33,934 nucleotides of DNA. It comes from an uncultured Maricaulaceae bacterium. Its GTDB lineage: Bacteria; Pseudomonadota; Alphaproteobacteria; Caulobacterales; Maricaulaceae. Where the stretch lies: positions 1 to 33,934 of the forward strand of contig CAXBKM010000001.1 in NCBI GenBank assembly GCA_963976265.1, given 5' to 3'. Of the stretch, positions 1 through 8,748 are shown in pieces; position 1 is the first letter of the stretch, and every line of letters begins with the position of its first letter. A program made the position numbers and the translations under genes. The notes beneath the pieces were generated by a model. It saw only the letters and a list, made by a program, of their open reading frames with translations. It was not told the origin of the DNA and did no database searches.

Positions 1-1
1 C

Positions 2-313
2 CCGTTCGTTCTGATGGGCGCGGCGCTGGGCTATTCAATCCCCGCGCGCGGCGCAGTCCCGATTGCAAATCTGCTTTATCTGCCGCTGGCCTATTTCGGC
101 GGGTTGTGGATGCCGCCGAGCATGCTGCCGGGCTTTGTCGCAACGATCTCGCCCTATACGCCCACCCGGCAATTGGGCGAGCTCGCCTGGGCCGCCGTAC
201 TGGATTTACCCATACCCATGGCCAGTGTTCAGGGACTGGCGCTCTATTCAGCCATCTCCATCGTGATCGCTCTGGTCATGTGGCGCCGCGACGAGACCCT
301 ACGCAATGCGTGA
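2..313 (+). CDS. ABC-2 type transporter permease, C-terminal part (starts before window)
   Basis: Open frame from window start. Hydrophobic helices with NLLYLPLAYFGGLWMPPSMLPGFVATISPYTP, typical of ABC-2 membrane subunits. Confidence 0.85.
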   Translation, partial: PFVLMGAALGYSIPARGAVPIANLLYLPLAYFGGLWMPPSMLPGFVATISPYTPTRQLGELAWAAVLDLPIPMASVQGLALYSAISIVIALVMWRRDETLRNA

Positions 314-360
314 GACGTGTTGGTGCGAGGAATGGGCCACGGCGGCGGTCTGGACAAGAA

Positions 361-2607
361 TTACTCGCCCTCGACCTCTTCACCGGGAATAATGAAATGC
401 CGGTCGCTAAAGCGAAACGCGGCTGGCGGTCTCACATCGCCGGGCTCAGAAAGCTCTAGCCGATAGCGATCCCGACGACATTGGCCGGGCGCAGGCGGGC
501 TTGCATTATTCATCACCATCAGACCGACATGTTCCCATTCTGCGGGATCGATCGTGCCGGATTGACCCAGAGGGATGACCTGTATCTCGCCAGCGCGCTG
601 CCCGAGGGCAAACAGTCCGAAATCGGCCGTGTGGTTGACCGAGATCGTTGTCGGCCCCGTCAAGTCGAGCGCAAAATAATTGACGCCCAATTGTTCCAGG
701 CTGTTCTTGCCGCCGTCCGGACTGGAGGGACCCAGGGTTCCGGTAACCTCCACGGTGCGTTCAAAGACGGGCGCCAGATCATAGTCGAGCGCATAGTTTT
801 GCGCGCGCCAGCGCGTCACCGCTTGCTGGAGGTTTGAGCCCGCGCCCTGCAAGGCAGCATCCACTGTTTCCAGCCCGTCCATATGGGTGGCGTTCTCCCA
901 GAAACGGACGATCATCTCATTGCCATGAACATCGGCAATGGACTGCAACAATGTCCACTGGCCATAATCAAGACCCTCATCAGGCGTGCTCCAACACCGA
1001 CCCGGACGGGCAAAGTCCGCCGTGACATAGTCGGTGGCGTCCTGATCTGCGCCGACGGTGACCGTTTCGATCCACGACGCCGTTGATTCGTAAAGCCAGC
1101 CGAGTTCTTCAGCGGCATCATAGCCATACTGGACAATGTGATTGAATTCGTGGGTCGCGGTCGCGCGGATCAGGCTGGACGGGCTGGCATCACCAAGGCC
1201 GACAAAATCATTGTCGATAACAAATACGGCACGCGCGGCCGTTTCCTCGCGGACGTCGTCCGTATAAGGATTGTCGAAGACGGTTTCGATGGGGCGTGCA
1301 AAGCCAAGGGCACCGCCAACTTCAGCCACGAATGCCCGATAAAGCCCGTCTTCATCGCGAATGGGTTCCGCAAAGCCGATGCGTGTTTGCGCATCCAGAT
1401 TTTCCTGCAAGGCCGCGCCGACTTCATTGGCATAAGCTTCTGAGGAGGCATCAATGCCCTCATTTGTGTAAAACACAATGAAATCCTCGGTACGGATCGA
1501 CATCACTTCACCGCTTAGCGAGATATTCTCCCGCAATGCGCGCAACTCATCGACGATCCCGGCATCAACCAGCGACATAACCAGGCTGTACTCACCCGCG
1601 CTGTTTCCGCCGCGATAACGCTCCATGCGTACCGTGTAGTCCGCCGTCTGCGTCACGGTCAGCGCAATGGCTGAATTCAGGGACCCGTCGCCCCGGTCAT
1701 CAATCATTGATATCGGTTGCCCATCCGGGCCCAGTATTCGAAGCACCGGATCAAGATCGCCCGACACGGCATCAGCCAGAACCAGAAGTGTTTGACCGGC
1801 TTCAAGCGAGATCGGGTAGTCCTGTGACGGCTGGTCGTCATCAATCGTACCGGTTTCGCGGGCGATTTCCACGCCATCAATCGCGGAAAAATCGTAGGGC
1901 AGTTCAGCTTCCGGGTCGATGGCCACCGAAACCAGAACATCGCCAATATCTGCGCCGGAATAGGAACCGAGTATCAACTCATGGCGGCCGGGTTCACCGA
2001 TTTGCGTCAGGATTTGGGAATTGAGCGATCCACCGTCAATGCTGTCGTCATTTTGCGCGATGATATCGCCCGATGCCGAGCGAAGTTCCAGTGTCGTATC
2101 GACGTCGGGGCTTACCGCATAGGTGTTGGCTACAATGATGTCGCCTTCATTGAGGTCGACGTAGAAAGAATGCGTCGGGTTGGCATTATCCAGCGTGACG
2201 ATGTCCTGAACGAGGGATTGTGCGGCGTCGGACAAACCGAAATCCACGCCCTCGGTGATACGCAGTTCAAACGTGCCCAATGCCTCGCCATATCCCGTCA
2301 CCGATGCGGTGTATATGCCCGGTTCGGGGGGCTGGAATATGATCTGCGACTGCAGGCCGCCGCCGGAATAATCATCATTTTCGTCCAGCATTCGGCCATT
2401 GGCGTCCAAGACCCGCAGAATGGTATCAAAATTACTGTCCGAAACCGTCGTCAGCGTGACCAATTGACCGTCAGACAGGTCGATCTCGAATTCAACGCGC
2501 GACTGATCCTCACTCACCTCGCCCGGGCGGATATCATCATCGACGGCTTGCGCCATGGCGGGCGCTGTTGCGCAGGCAAAAATCAGCGGAAGAATTCGGC
2601 AACGCAT
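361..2607 (-). CDS. Secreted acidic protein with ~3 pre-peptidase C-terminal (PPC)-like domains and an HExxH zinc metallopeptidase domain
   Basis: N-terminal signal peptide (…APAMA). Three repeats of D[TP]xLxxxxxxGxxxxxxDDxxxGxLxS. ATATHEFNHIVQYGY followed by WLYESTA in the C-terminal half. Confidence 0.8.
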   Translation of the reverse strand: MRCRILPLIFACATAPAMAQAVDDDIRPGEVSEDQSRVEFEIDLSDGQLVTLTTVSDSNFDTILRVLDANGRMLDENDDYSGGGLQSQIIFQPPEPGIYTASVTGYGEALGTFELRITEGVDFGLSDAAQSLVQDIVTLDNANPTHSFYVDLNEGDIIVANTYAVSPDVDTTLELRSASGDIIAQNDDSIDGGSLNSQILTQIGEPGRHELILGSYSGADIGDVLVSVAIDPEAELPYDFSAIDGVEIARETGTIDDDQPSQDYPISLEAGQTLLVLADAVSGDLDPVLRILGPDGQPISMIDDRGDGSLNSAIALTVTQTADYTVRMERYRGGNSAGEYSLVMSLVDAGIVDELRALRENISLSGEVMSIRTEDFIVFYTNEGIDASSEAYANEVGAALQENLDAQTRIGFAEPIRDEDGLYRAFVAEVGGALGFARPIETVFDNPYTDDVREETAARAVFVIDNDFVGLGDASPSSLIRATATHEFNHIVQYGYDAAEELGWLYESTASWIETVTVGADQDATDYVTADFARPGRCWSTPDEGLDYGQWTLLQSIADVHGNEMIVRFWENATHMDGLETVDAALQGAGSNLQQAVTRWRAQNYALDYDLAPVFERTVEVTGTLGPSSPDGGKNSLEQLGVNYFALDLTGPTTISVNHTADFGLFALGQRAGEIQVIPLGQSGTIDPAEWEHVGLMVMNNASPPAPGQCRRDRYRLELSEPGDVRPPAAFRFSDRHFIIPGEEVEGE

Positions 2608-2975
2608 GAACGACTCCTGTAATCGGCAGATCCTGTCGTCTTACAGAAAACGGCGCTTGGCCAGTCCGAATGACGATAACAAAGCGGCAATATGCACATT
2701 TACCGACAGAAAGCACTGACGAAGTTAGGGGATTTATTCATCGAAAGCCGGGTTGGGCTTGGTTGCTCTTGGTTCGCTTCATGTGGGCCAGAACGCTCGC
2801 CGTTTCGGTCGGCCGCCCGTGATATGCTGGCCAATGCGCCGGGAAATGCCAGCGTCCGGGGCGAGGCCTGAACGTGGCTGAAATTGACAAATATTTCCAC
2901 GAGATAGCCGCTTGAAGCGACAAATATCCGCAAATGTGCTATGGTTTACTGATCAGGCTGGTCGGGGAGGGAGCC

Positions 2976-3968
2976 ATGAAGAAGGGGAAGCTCAGCAGGC
3001 GGTCGTTTTTGCATCGCGTTTCAAGCGGCGCGCTCGCTTTCGGACCAATGGGCGTTATCACTGGCCATGCGTATGCCCGGCAAACCAGTGGCGTGACGGA
3101 TTCCGATAACGGTGCCAATGCGGACCCCTTCGGCAACGGTCGAGGAACAGGAACCGGCATTACGGACTCAGACTTGGGCCCATCGGCTGATCCTGCTGGA
3201 CAGGGTCGGGGTGTCGCCGCGCCCCATTACTCCGGAATTACTGACGCCGATGGCGGGCCAAATGCCGATCCACTGGGCAATGGTCGAGGCAGTTCGTCGG
3301 CGCCAGGGCGAAATCGAACGGGGCTCACCGACTCTGATGCGGGCTCAACTGCGGATGCGCCAGGATATGGCATGCGCGGCGGCGGAAACTCTGGATTGAC
3401 CGATTCCGACCTTGGCGCGAATGCCGACCCCGTCGGAAATGGAAGAGGTCGGGGAAGCGGCCCCGCAGGACAGCGCCATACGGGCGTAACAGATTCAGAT
3501 GGCGGGCAATCAGCGGACCCCGTTGGATATGGCAGGGGCGGCGGCTCCGGGGTCACAGATTCTGATCAGGGGGCCTCGGCGGACCCTGCGGGCCGTGGGC
3601 GTGGGACGCAGCCAGGCGGAAATCAGGGCTATACAGGCTTGACCGATCACGACACCCGTGATCGGCGAGGTTATGGCGACTCATTTGCCGTACGCGACAC
3701 AGATCCATCCGACGGAACACGTCCACCAGGCAGCCGACAACGAAATCCGATTTCGGGATATTCCGATCAGGATCCGACGGATCTCTCGGGCCGCGGTGTG
3801 CGCGGTCGCCAAACGGGCGTCACGGACAATGATTCAGGTTTCTGGTTTGGTGACCCCGTCGGCCGTGGCCGCGGTAATCCGAATATCCCACGTCGCCGAA
3901 CAGGATTTACCGACCGCGATACCGGCAGCAATGCTGATCCCGCCGAGTATGGCAGAAATGGGCGTTGA
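2976..3968 (+). CDS. Tat-signal, Gly/Asp-rich tandem-repeat protein of unknown function
   Basis: GGAGGGAG SD upstream of ATG 2976 (preferred over 2934). MKKGKLSRRSFL twin-arginine motif and AYA cleavage site. About 11 copies of (S/T)GxTDxDxGxxADPxGxGRG. Confidence 0.8.
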   Translation: MKKGKLSRRSFLHRVSSGALAFGPMGVITGHAYARQTSGVTDSDNGANADPFGNGRGTGTGITDSDLGPSADPAGQGRGVAAPHYSGITDADGGPNADPLGNGRGSSSAPGRNRTGLTDSDAGSTADAPGYGMRGGGNSGLTDSDLGANADPVGNGRGRGSGPAGQRHTGVTDSDGGQSADPVGYGRGGGSGVTDSDQGASADPAGRGRGTQPGGNQGYTGLTDHDTRDRRGYGDSFAVRDTDPSDGTRPPGSRQRNPISGYSDQDPTDLSGRGVRGRQTGVTDNDSGFWFGDPVGRGRGNPNIPRRRTGFTDRDTGSNADPAEYGRNGR

Positions 3969-4083
3969 GGCCCGAGCAGGTTGTCGCCAGGCGAACCTGA
4001 CAAACCCATCCTTGAACAAACATCTGAACTGACCTGATGGCCGATCCCGGACTGGAATTTACAGCTCGCGATGGATTGAAAAA

Positions 4084-4129
4084 TGGTGCCGCATAGGTGA
4101 CTTGAACACCTGACCCCATCATTACGAAT
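4084..4129 (-). pseudogene. 3' half of the disrupted host tRNA-Thr(CGT) (anticodon loop to CCA); left junction of the island
   Basis: Minus strand reads ATTCGTAATGATGGGGTCAGGTGTTCAAGTCACCTATGCGGCACCA: intact T-arm (AGGTG/CACCT) and ACCA end. No D-arm or 5' acceptor strand upstream. Confidence 0.93.
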
Positions 4130-4190
4130 TGTGGGAATCGCCTTTTGCCAGAGTTGGACAGGTCCATACAGAGTTAGAAAATGCCTGTAT

Positions 4191-4203
4191 AATCAAACAA
4201 TTG
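4191..4203 (+). promoter_or_regulatory. IHF binding site within the left att arm
   Basis: AATCAAACAATTG matches WATCAANNNNTTR exactly and lies between the att core (4121-4129) and the arm repeats (4251-4270). Confidence 0.7.
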
Positions 4204-4250
4204 AATCTTGGACCATCTTGGACACTGTTAGCTCGTTTTGGATATAAGCC

Positions 4251-4304
4251 GCCTACTAATGGCCTACTAAAACGGAAAACTGAGTTTACCCCCAATTAGT
4301 AGGC
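4251..4304. repeat. Putative integrase arm-type binding sites, left end
   Basis: GCCTACTAA at 4251 and 4262 (11-bp period) plus an inverted copy TTAGTAGGC at 4296-4304. The same motif recurs inside the right end. Confidence 0.75.
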
Positions 4305-4742
4305 ACACCAGTCAGGTTTGGGCGAAGCAGGCCGACCGTTTCTATGGGGCCAAGGCCGCAAATACCCCGCCTCAATCGCCAAACCTGCCAGGTCGCGACC
4401 ATCAACGGACAGAGATACAACGGAACGTCCATATCTATCCGGCGCACTTCTAGACGTGATGACAACTTCAGCGTTTCGGGTGGCCTGGATAATGAATTCC
4501 TTCGCTTCGAAGCCTAATAGGCGCTCTTCTTCACATTGCGCTCCGCCATTGCTGTTGATATTTCCCGTTTCTGGCGCATCGACATTCGCGAGCCTGAAGC
4601 GTTCCCCCTCAATTCGACCACTGTCACCATCTGACCAGTATATCGATGAAACCCCTTCAAGGCCTGCAACATCTATATCGCTGCACCCTGACAGGAAGGT
4701 GCACATCAACGCAATCAAGAGAGTGGGACAAAGCAATCTCAT
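4296..4742 (-). CDS. Thermonuclease (SNase-like) family lipoprotein
   Basis: SDGDS, RFRLANVDAPET and DRYGR motifs. Lipobox LSGC after MRLLCPTLLIAL favours start 4742 over 4781. Confidence 0.85.
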   Translation of the reverse strand: MRLLCPTLLIALMCTFLSGCSDIDVAGLEGVSSIYWSDGDSGRIEGERFRLANVDAPETGNINSNGGAQCEEERLLGFEAKEFIIQATRNAEVVITSRSAPDRYGRSVVSLSVDGRDLAGLAIEAGYLRPWPHRNGRPASPKPDWCAY

Positions 4743-4956
4743 TGGAAATTCATAGGTCGCGCATCGGAGGAAGGATATCAATTTCTAAAAAACTCGCGGC
4801 GTTTACCGAAAGCCTCGCTCGAACCTATCCCCGCAAAGGGCGTTTAGCGTTCAATTCGCGGGCACACCTACCCCCATCGACGGGGATTGGTCATTGGGGC
4901 GGGAGGGGGAATCGCCATCCGACATGAATGCGACCAATGGTCAGAGTCGAGAAAGC

Positions 4957-5664
4957 CTACTGATCGGTAGCGCTAATACGTCTATTCCTAGCATGAATGA
5001 AGGTAGTCACATTTGACTTGTAGGTATCGTAATCACAAACGCTTTTAGGCAAAGGGCTGCTGTTGAAATCATCAAACGGCAGCCAGAACTTCACGGCATT
5101 CTCTGTACCGTCGGTCAAATCCTGGAATAGGAAGAAATCGACATAACCCGAGAAACTGCCAAATAGCGCAAAGAAATCTGAATATCGCGCCAGCACGTCA
5201 CTGAGCGGACTCGGTTGAGATGCATAATGCCTCCGAATGCATTCAAGTGTTAAATCGAAACGATCTCTAAGTTTTGAGCTAAACCCACGCGCCCCATTGA
5301 TGGTCATCTTGCCATCGATTTTTCGTGCAGGAAACAAAGTGTAAGCGCCAATCGTGCTGCAGAGCTTGAAAAACCTATCGAGGTCTCGCTCAGGCACCTG
5401 CTCGATCACGGGAGCCATAGCCTTCACATAGCGGTAGGTGTGGCCAAGGGCGTCACTGGATAATACGAGCTCCGCTCCGTTGCTTTGATGGCAGAGATAG
5501 GCACCCGGCACCTCGTCCGAGAGCTTCAGAGCTGCCCCTGTCGGCAAGGGTTTGCTCCAAATGTATTTGTGATAGCGGCGCAGCGTTGGGCTGAAACTAT
5601 CAGGGTCACGGCCCGTCGGCGTGTCTGTATAAAAGTCAAACGATGGATCTACATATTTAGCCAT
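4957..5664 (-). CDS. Conserved hypothetical protein, DUF6994-like
   Basis: DPDSFSPTLRRYHKYIWSKPLP and TINGARG…DRFDLTLECIRRHY motifs recalled from this family. Starts 9 bp after the upstream gene. Confidence 0.65.
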   Translation of the reverse strand: MAKYVDPSFDFYTDTPTGRDPDSFSPTLRRYHKYIWSKPLPTGAALKLSDEVPGAYLCHQSNGAELVLSSDALGHTYRYVKAMAPVIEQVPERDLDRFFKLCSTIGAYTLFPARKIDGKMTINGARGFSSKLRDRFDLTLECIRRHYASQPSPLSDVLARYSDFFALFGSFSGYVDFFLFQDLTDGTENAVKFWLPFDDFNSSPLPKSVCDYDTYKSNVTTFIHARNRRISATDQ

Positions 5665-5673
5665 GGCTTTGCG

Positions 5674-6171
5674 CTAAAGCCTGCTCTCAATCAAATCCCA
5701 GCAGCCCTCGTATTCGACAATATCAACAAGCCGGACTGCCGTATGCGTCGACATAGGATTTTTCGGACGCACTCCACCGTGTTTTCGTAGGTACTCCGTA
5801 TGGTTTCGCTCCATTATCGATTGCAGGGTGTGGAGAGGCACCATGAAGAATCGATCGGATTTCAGCGCCTCTCCGATTCGAACGAAAATAAATGTTAGGT
5901 TTGGGTCCGGCGGCACTAGCGGGCCCTCTACAATCTGAACATTTCCCTCGAATCTTATTGCGAGAAACTTCGCCGCATCAAAGTGCAGGGTACCCGAGCG
6001 CCATGACTTAACCTGCACAGGAAGGCTCTTTCCATTGCGGTAGGCAAGGATATCGATTTCAGGGACATTTCCGGCAAATGTGGTCGCAACAATCCCTCTA
6101 CGGCCCAATTCGGCAACCACCAGGTTTTCGCCAATCTGTCCGGCTAGCTGGGTCGTGAAATTTTTCTGCAT
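5674..6171 (-). CDS. PD-(D/E)xK superfamily endonuclease (Hjc/restriction-like fold)
   Basis: GQIGENLVVAEL…PEIDILA…PVQVKS gives the E…PD…QxK active-site pattern. Confidence 0.8.
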   Translation of the reverse strand: MQKNFTTQLAGQIGENLVVAELGRRGIVATTFAGNVPEIDILAYRNGKSLPVQVKSWRSGTLHFDAAKFLAIRFEGNVQIVEGPLVPPDPNLTFIFVRIGEALKSDRFFMVPLHTLQSIMERNHTEYLRKHGGVRPKNPMSTHTAVRLVDIVEYEGCWDLIESRL

Positions 6172-6194
6172 TCGCTGGGGCCTTCTCAGATTCG

Positions 6195-6857
6195 CTATGC
6201 CGTCTCACCATCCTCCAGTCGACGGATTGCGTGCTGAACATGGCGCTGTCCAACAAAAACCCTCCAACCAAGATATCCAATTGATAGCATCACAGCACCT
6301 GCCAACATGCGGTAGGCTAAGATGATGCCGGAGTAGGTGAGGTTATCGGGATTATTTTCGATTGGTGAAAAACCTAAACCGAACACCTCGAAACTATCAG
6401 CCAGCCCGCCCCGTAAAGCTTGATCGGCTAGAAAAATGCCAATTTCGTATGGCTTCAACTCGTCGGCTGCGACGCCAATTCCATTGGTGGCCAAGGCCGT
6501 GGGTCCAGGTAGAAACCAATCTTGATAAATCACCAATGAAGCTAAAACAAAGCCAGGAACGACCAGACCAACGATAAGCAAGCCGATCGAGCGCATTGAT
6601 ACCGTGAGCGCTGTGTTCTTTGCGTGCTTTTTTAGGTCGCTTATTCGTTGGTTTATGGAATCTGTGCGCGTTGGCGCAGGGCCTGGATATCGCCTAAGTA
6701 CCTCTGCTTCACTGAAAGTACCTGCAATCCTCAAAAGCATTCTCGCGCCGCCGAGAGATGCCAACAAAACTAACGCTACAGCGAGCCAGCTATAGATATA
6801 ATAGGCCGTTGGACTTCTGAGTATATTCAGAAGTTGGTCAATAATGTCGCTTTCCAT
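6195..6857 (-). CDS. Hypothetical multi-pass membrane protein
   Basis: 220 aa ORF with GGGGAGG SD and ~3 hydrophobic segments. Ends 23 bp before the PD-(D/E)xK gene. Confidence 0.7.
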   Translation of the reverse strand: MESDIIDQLLNILRSPTAYYIYSWLAVALVLLASLGGARMLLRIAGTFSEAEVLRRYPGPAPTRTDSINQRISDLKKHAKNTALTVSMRSIGLLIVGLVVPGFVLASLVIYQDWFLPGPTALATNGIGVAADELKPYEIGIFLADQALRGGLADSFEVFGLGFSPIENNPDNLTYSGIILAYRMLAGAVMLSIGYLGWRVFVGQRHVQHAIRRLEDGETA

Positions 6858-7148
6858 GCCTCCCCCTATTTCACGAAAAATGGTCGCACAGGACGAACAC
6901 CCAAGCGGAGGGTTCGGAATTACTCAAGCAAAATTCGTGAGCCCTACCTCCACACGCTTGAAGCCATGGGGTTAGGTCGTTGAAATAGAACCCAATAATT
7001 AGGCAGCAGTGAGATCGTGAACGCTAATACAAAGGCCACAAACTCCGCCCCCCCCATTGGGGGTGGATCAGGGCGATTAGCGGCCCCTTGACACCCCCAG
7101 GGGCCCTATGCCACTCTTGGGCACAGTTTAGAAATCAGGAGAAAAAAA

Positions 7149-7415
7149 ATGGCTTATGTTGAGGTTCGAGATTCCGTGGTTTGGGCTAAGCATATTCATG
7201 GGGATAATGCGCTTCGTGACCGGTTGCTTGGGTTGGATGGTGGCGCTCCTATTCGTTTGCGCGTCGATGGCTTTGAAGGAATTTGGGTTAAAATGGACGA
7301 TGGAAAAGATGGTCGCCCAACAAATGGCATTAAGCCGATAGGTCCGGCAAAAGAGCACTTGGCGGAGCTGTTCAAAACGAAGCGTGGTGAAATAGTGGAA
7401 GTAGAAGCTCTTTAG
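7149..7415 (+). CDS. Small hypothetical protein (88 aa)
   Basis: AGGAG SD before the ATG, TTGACA at 7088-7093 upstream, protein-like composition. Confidence 0.7.
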   Translation: MAYVEVRDSVVWAKHIHGDNALRDRLLGLDGGAPIRLRVDGFEGIWVKMDDGKDGRPTNGIKPIGPAKEHLAELFKTKRGEIVEVEAL

Positions 7416-7500
7416 GCCACCTGGTTAGAATGGCGCGATATGATTTGTAATATTGAGAGAGCGCTTCGCCCAATCACTCAATCCTATGGAGGCCACTCAG

Positions 7501-8679
7501 ATGGCAATATGGATCTTTCAGGGAAACCCCGAAATATTCGACATTGATGGCTATCTCAATGCCAGTGACGGCTCGATCAAATGGCGCGTAACGCGATATG
7601 CAGAACAAATATCTGAGGGCGATCTTGTCTATATTTGGCGCTCCGCAGGCAAAGACCCAAAACGTGCGGGGATTGTCGCATCTGGCGTCATTATTGAGCC
7701 GCCAAGTGATCAAGAAGATGATGTCGAATCGGAGCCTTTTTGGACGACCCGACCCGAAAAGGAAATCGCCACTCGCGCAAGAATTAGGCTGACCAAGGTC
7801 GCAAATGCGAAGCAGCTAATTAAGCGAGATTGGCTGGTGCACGTTGATAGTCGCCTAAAGAACCTATCAATCCTCAAGCAGCCCGCTGGAACCAATTTCA
7901 AAGTGGAGCCTGAGGAGGCACAGCGCATCGAGCAACTTTGGCAACGAACTGGAGTGCCCTGGTCGCGAGATGAAGTCGTTGCTGCGCTGCTGCTCTATGA
8001 AGACCTCTTTGGAAAGCCCGTCTCTAAAACTTTGGGATCTCCCGTGGAGATACTCGCTCAACGCCTCGGACGATCACCCACCGGCGTCTACAACAAGCTA
8101 ATGAATTTCAGAAGCTTTGACCCAAGAATCCCACAAAAGGGAATGGATAGTACATCTGAACTTGATGAGGTGGTCTGGGATGAGTTTTTTGATACGGGCA
8201 AGAACAAGGTTCGCTTCAACGCGCTGCTATTCGAGTTCAATCGGCTTTGGTCAGAAGCTGATGCTCCTGCCCTTGAAAGTTCAGACACCCGCTCTTCTGA
8301 AGAAAAGCGTTTTTCAAAAAAATCATTGGCGGATTTATGGCTGGCGTACCGCTCCCGCAAACCTAATTCTAAGCCAAGACGCAAGGTTACTAGGTCATAT
8401 ACCTACAATAGGGATGACGTTGTTGTTGCGCTAAGAAAAAGCCTAGCTGACTACAAGTGCGAAATTGCCGACTGCCCTGGGCCCAAATTTGAAACTGATG
8501 ACGATGAGGCTTTTGTAGAGGTTCACCACATTCTCCCACTTGCCGCTGGTGGTCCGGACACGATTGAAAACACCGCAGCGCTGTGCCCAACGCACCACTC
8601 GATGGCCCATAACGCCAAACCGGCTATCAAGAATGAAATCCGGTCGTTTTTGGAGCTTCTAAGATCGAATAGTGACTGA
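7501..8679 (+). CDS. EVE-domain/HNH endonuclease, putative modification-dependent (Type IV) restriction enzyme
   Basis: N-terminal WIFQGNPEIF…GDLVYIW…GIVA (EVE/PUA-like). Central WSRDEV…GRSPTGVYNKLMNF…DP helical domain. C-terminal CEIADC…VEVHHILPLAAGGPDTIENTAALCPTHH (HNH). GGAGG precedes ATG 7501. Confidence 0.85.
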   Translation: MAIWIFQGNPEIFDIDGYLNASDGSIKWRVTRYAEQISEGDLVYIWRSAGKDPKRAGIVASGVIIEPPSDQEDDVESEPFWTTRPEKEIATRARIRLTKVANAKQLIKRDWLVHVDSRLKNLSILKQPAGTNFKVEPEEAQRIEQLWQRTGVPWSRDEVVAALLLYEDLFGKPVSKTLGSPVEILAQRLGRSPTGVYNKLMNFRSFDPRIPQKGMDSTSELDEVVWDEFFDTGKNKVRFNALLFEFNRLWSEADAPALESSDTRSSEEKRFSKKSLADLWLAYRSRKPNSKPRRKVTRSYTYNRDDVVVALRKSLADYKCEIADCPGPKFETDDDEAFVEVHHILPLAAGGPDTIENTAALCPTHHSMAHNAKPAIKNEIRSFLELLRSNSD

Positions 8680-8748
8680 CGCGTTTCGCCATGAGTTGCC
8701 AATTGCGCGAGCTGTACCGGCGCTCATCCGCCTACGAAGAGCTCAGCA

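Noticed and set aside
3085-3960. Repetitive DNA as a possible CRISPR array
   Set aside because: Repeats are conserved at amino-acid level with synonymous variation, stay in frame, and no cas genes are present.
4084-4129. Conventional reading: 21175-21250 is the restored host tRNA and 4084-4129 is its duplicated 3' end
   Set aside because: The fragment has 10 mismatches in 46 nt to the intact tRNA but pairs perfectly with the separate 5' half at 21355-21384. The arm repeats also place the intact tRNA inside the element.
4188-4193. TATAAT as a sigma70 -10 box
   Set aside because: No credible -35 at the right spacing and no downstream plus-strand gene; it overlaps the IHF consensus, which explains the AT-richness.
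7048-7105. C/G-run palindromes (CCCCCATTGGGGG, CCCCCAGGGG) near the TTGACA box as operators
   Set aside because: Low-complexity sequence with no identifiable cognate regulator; too weak to support.
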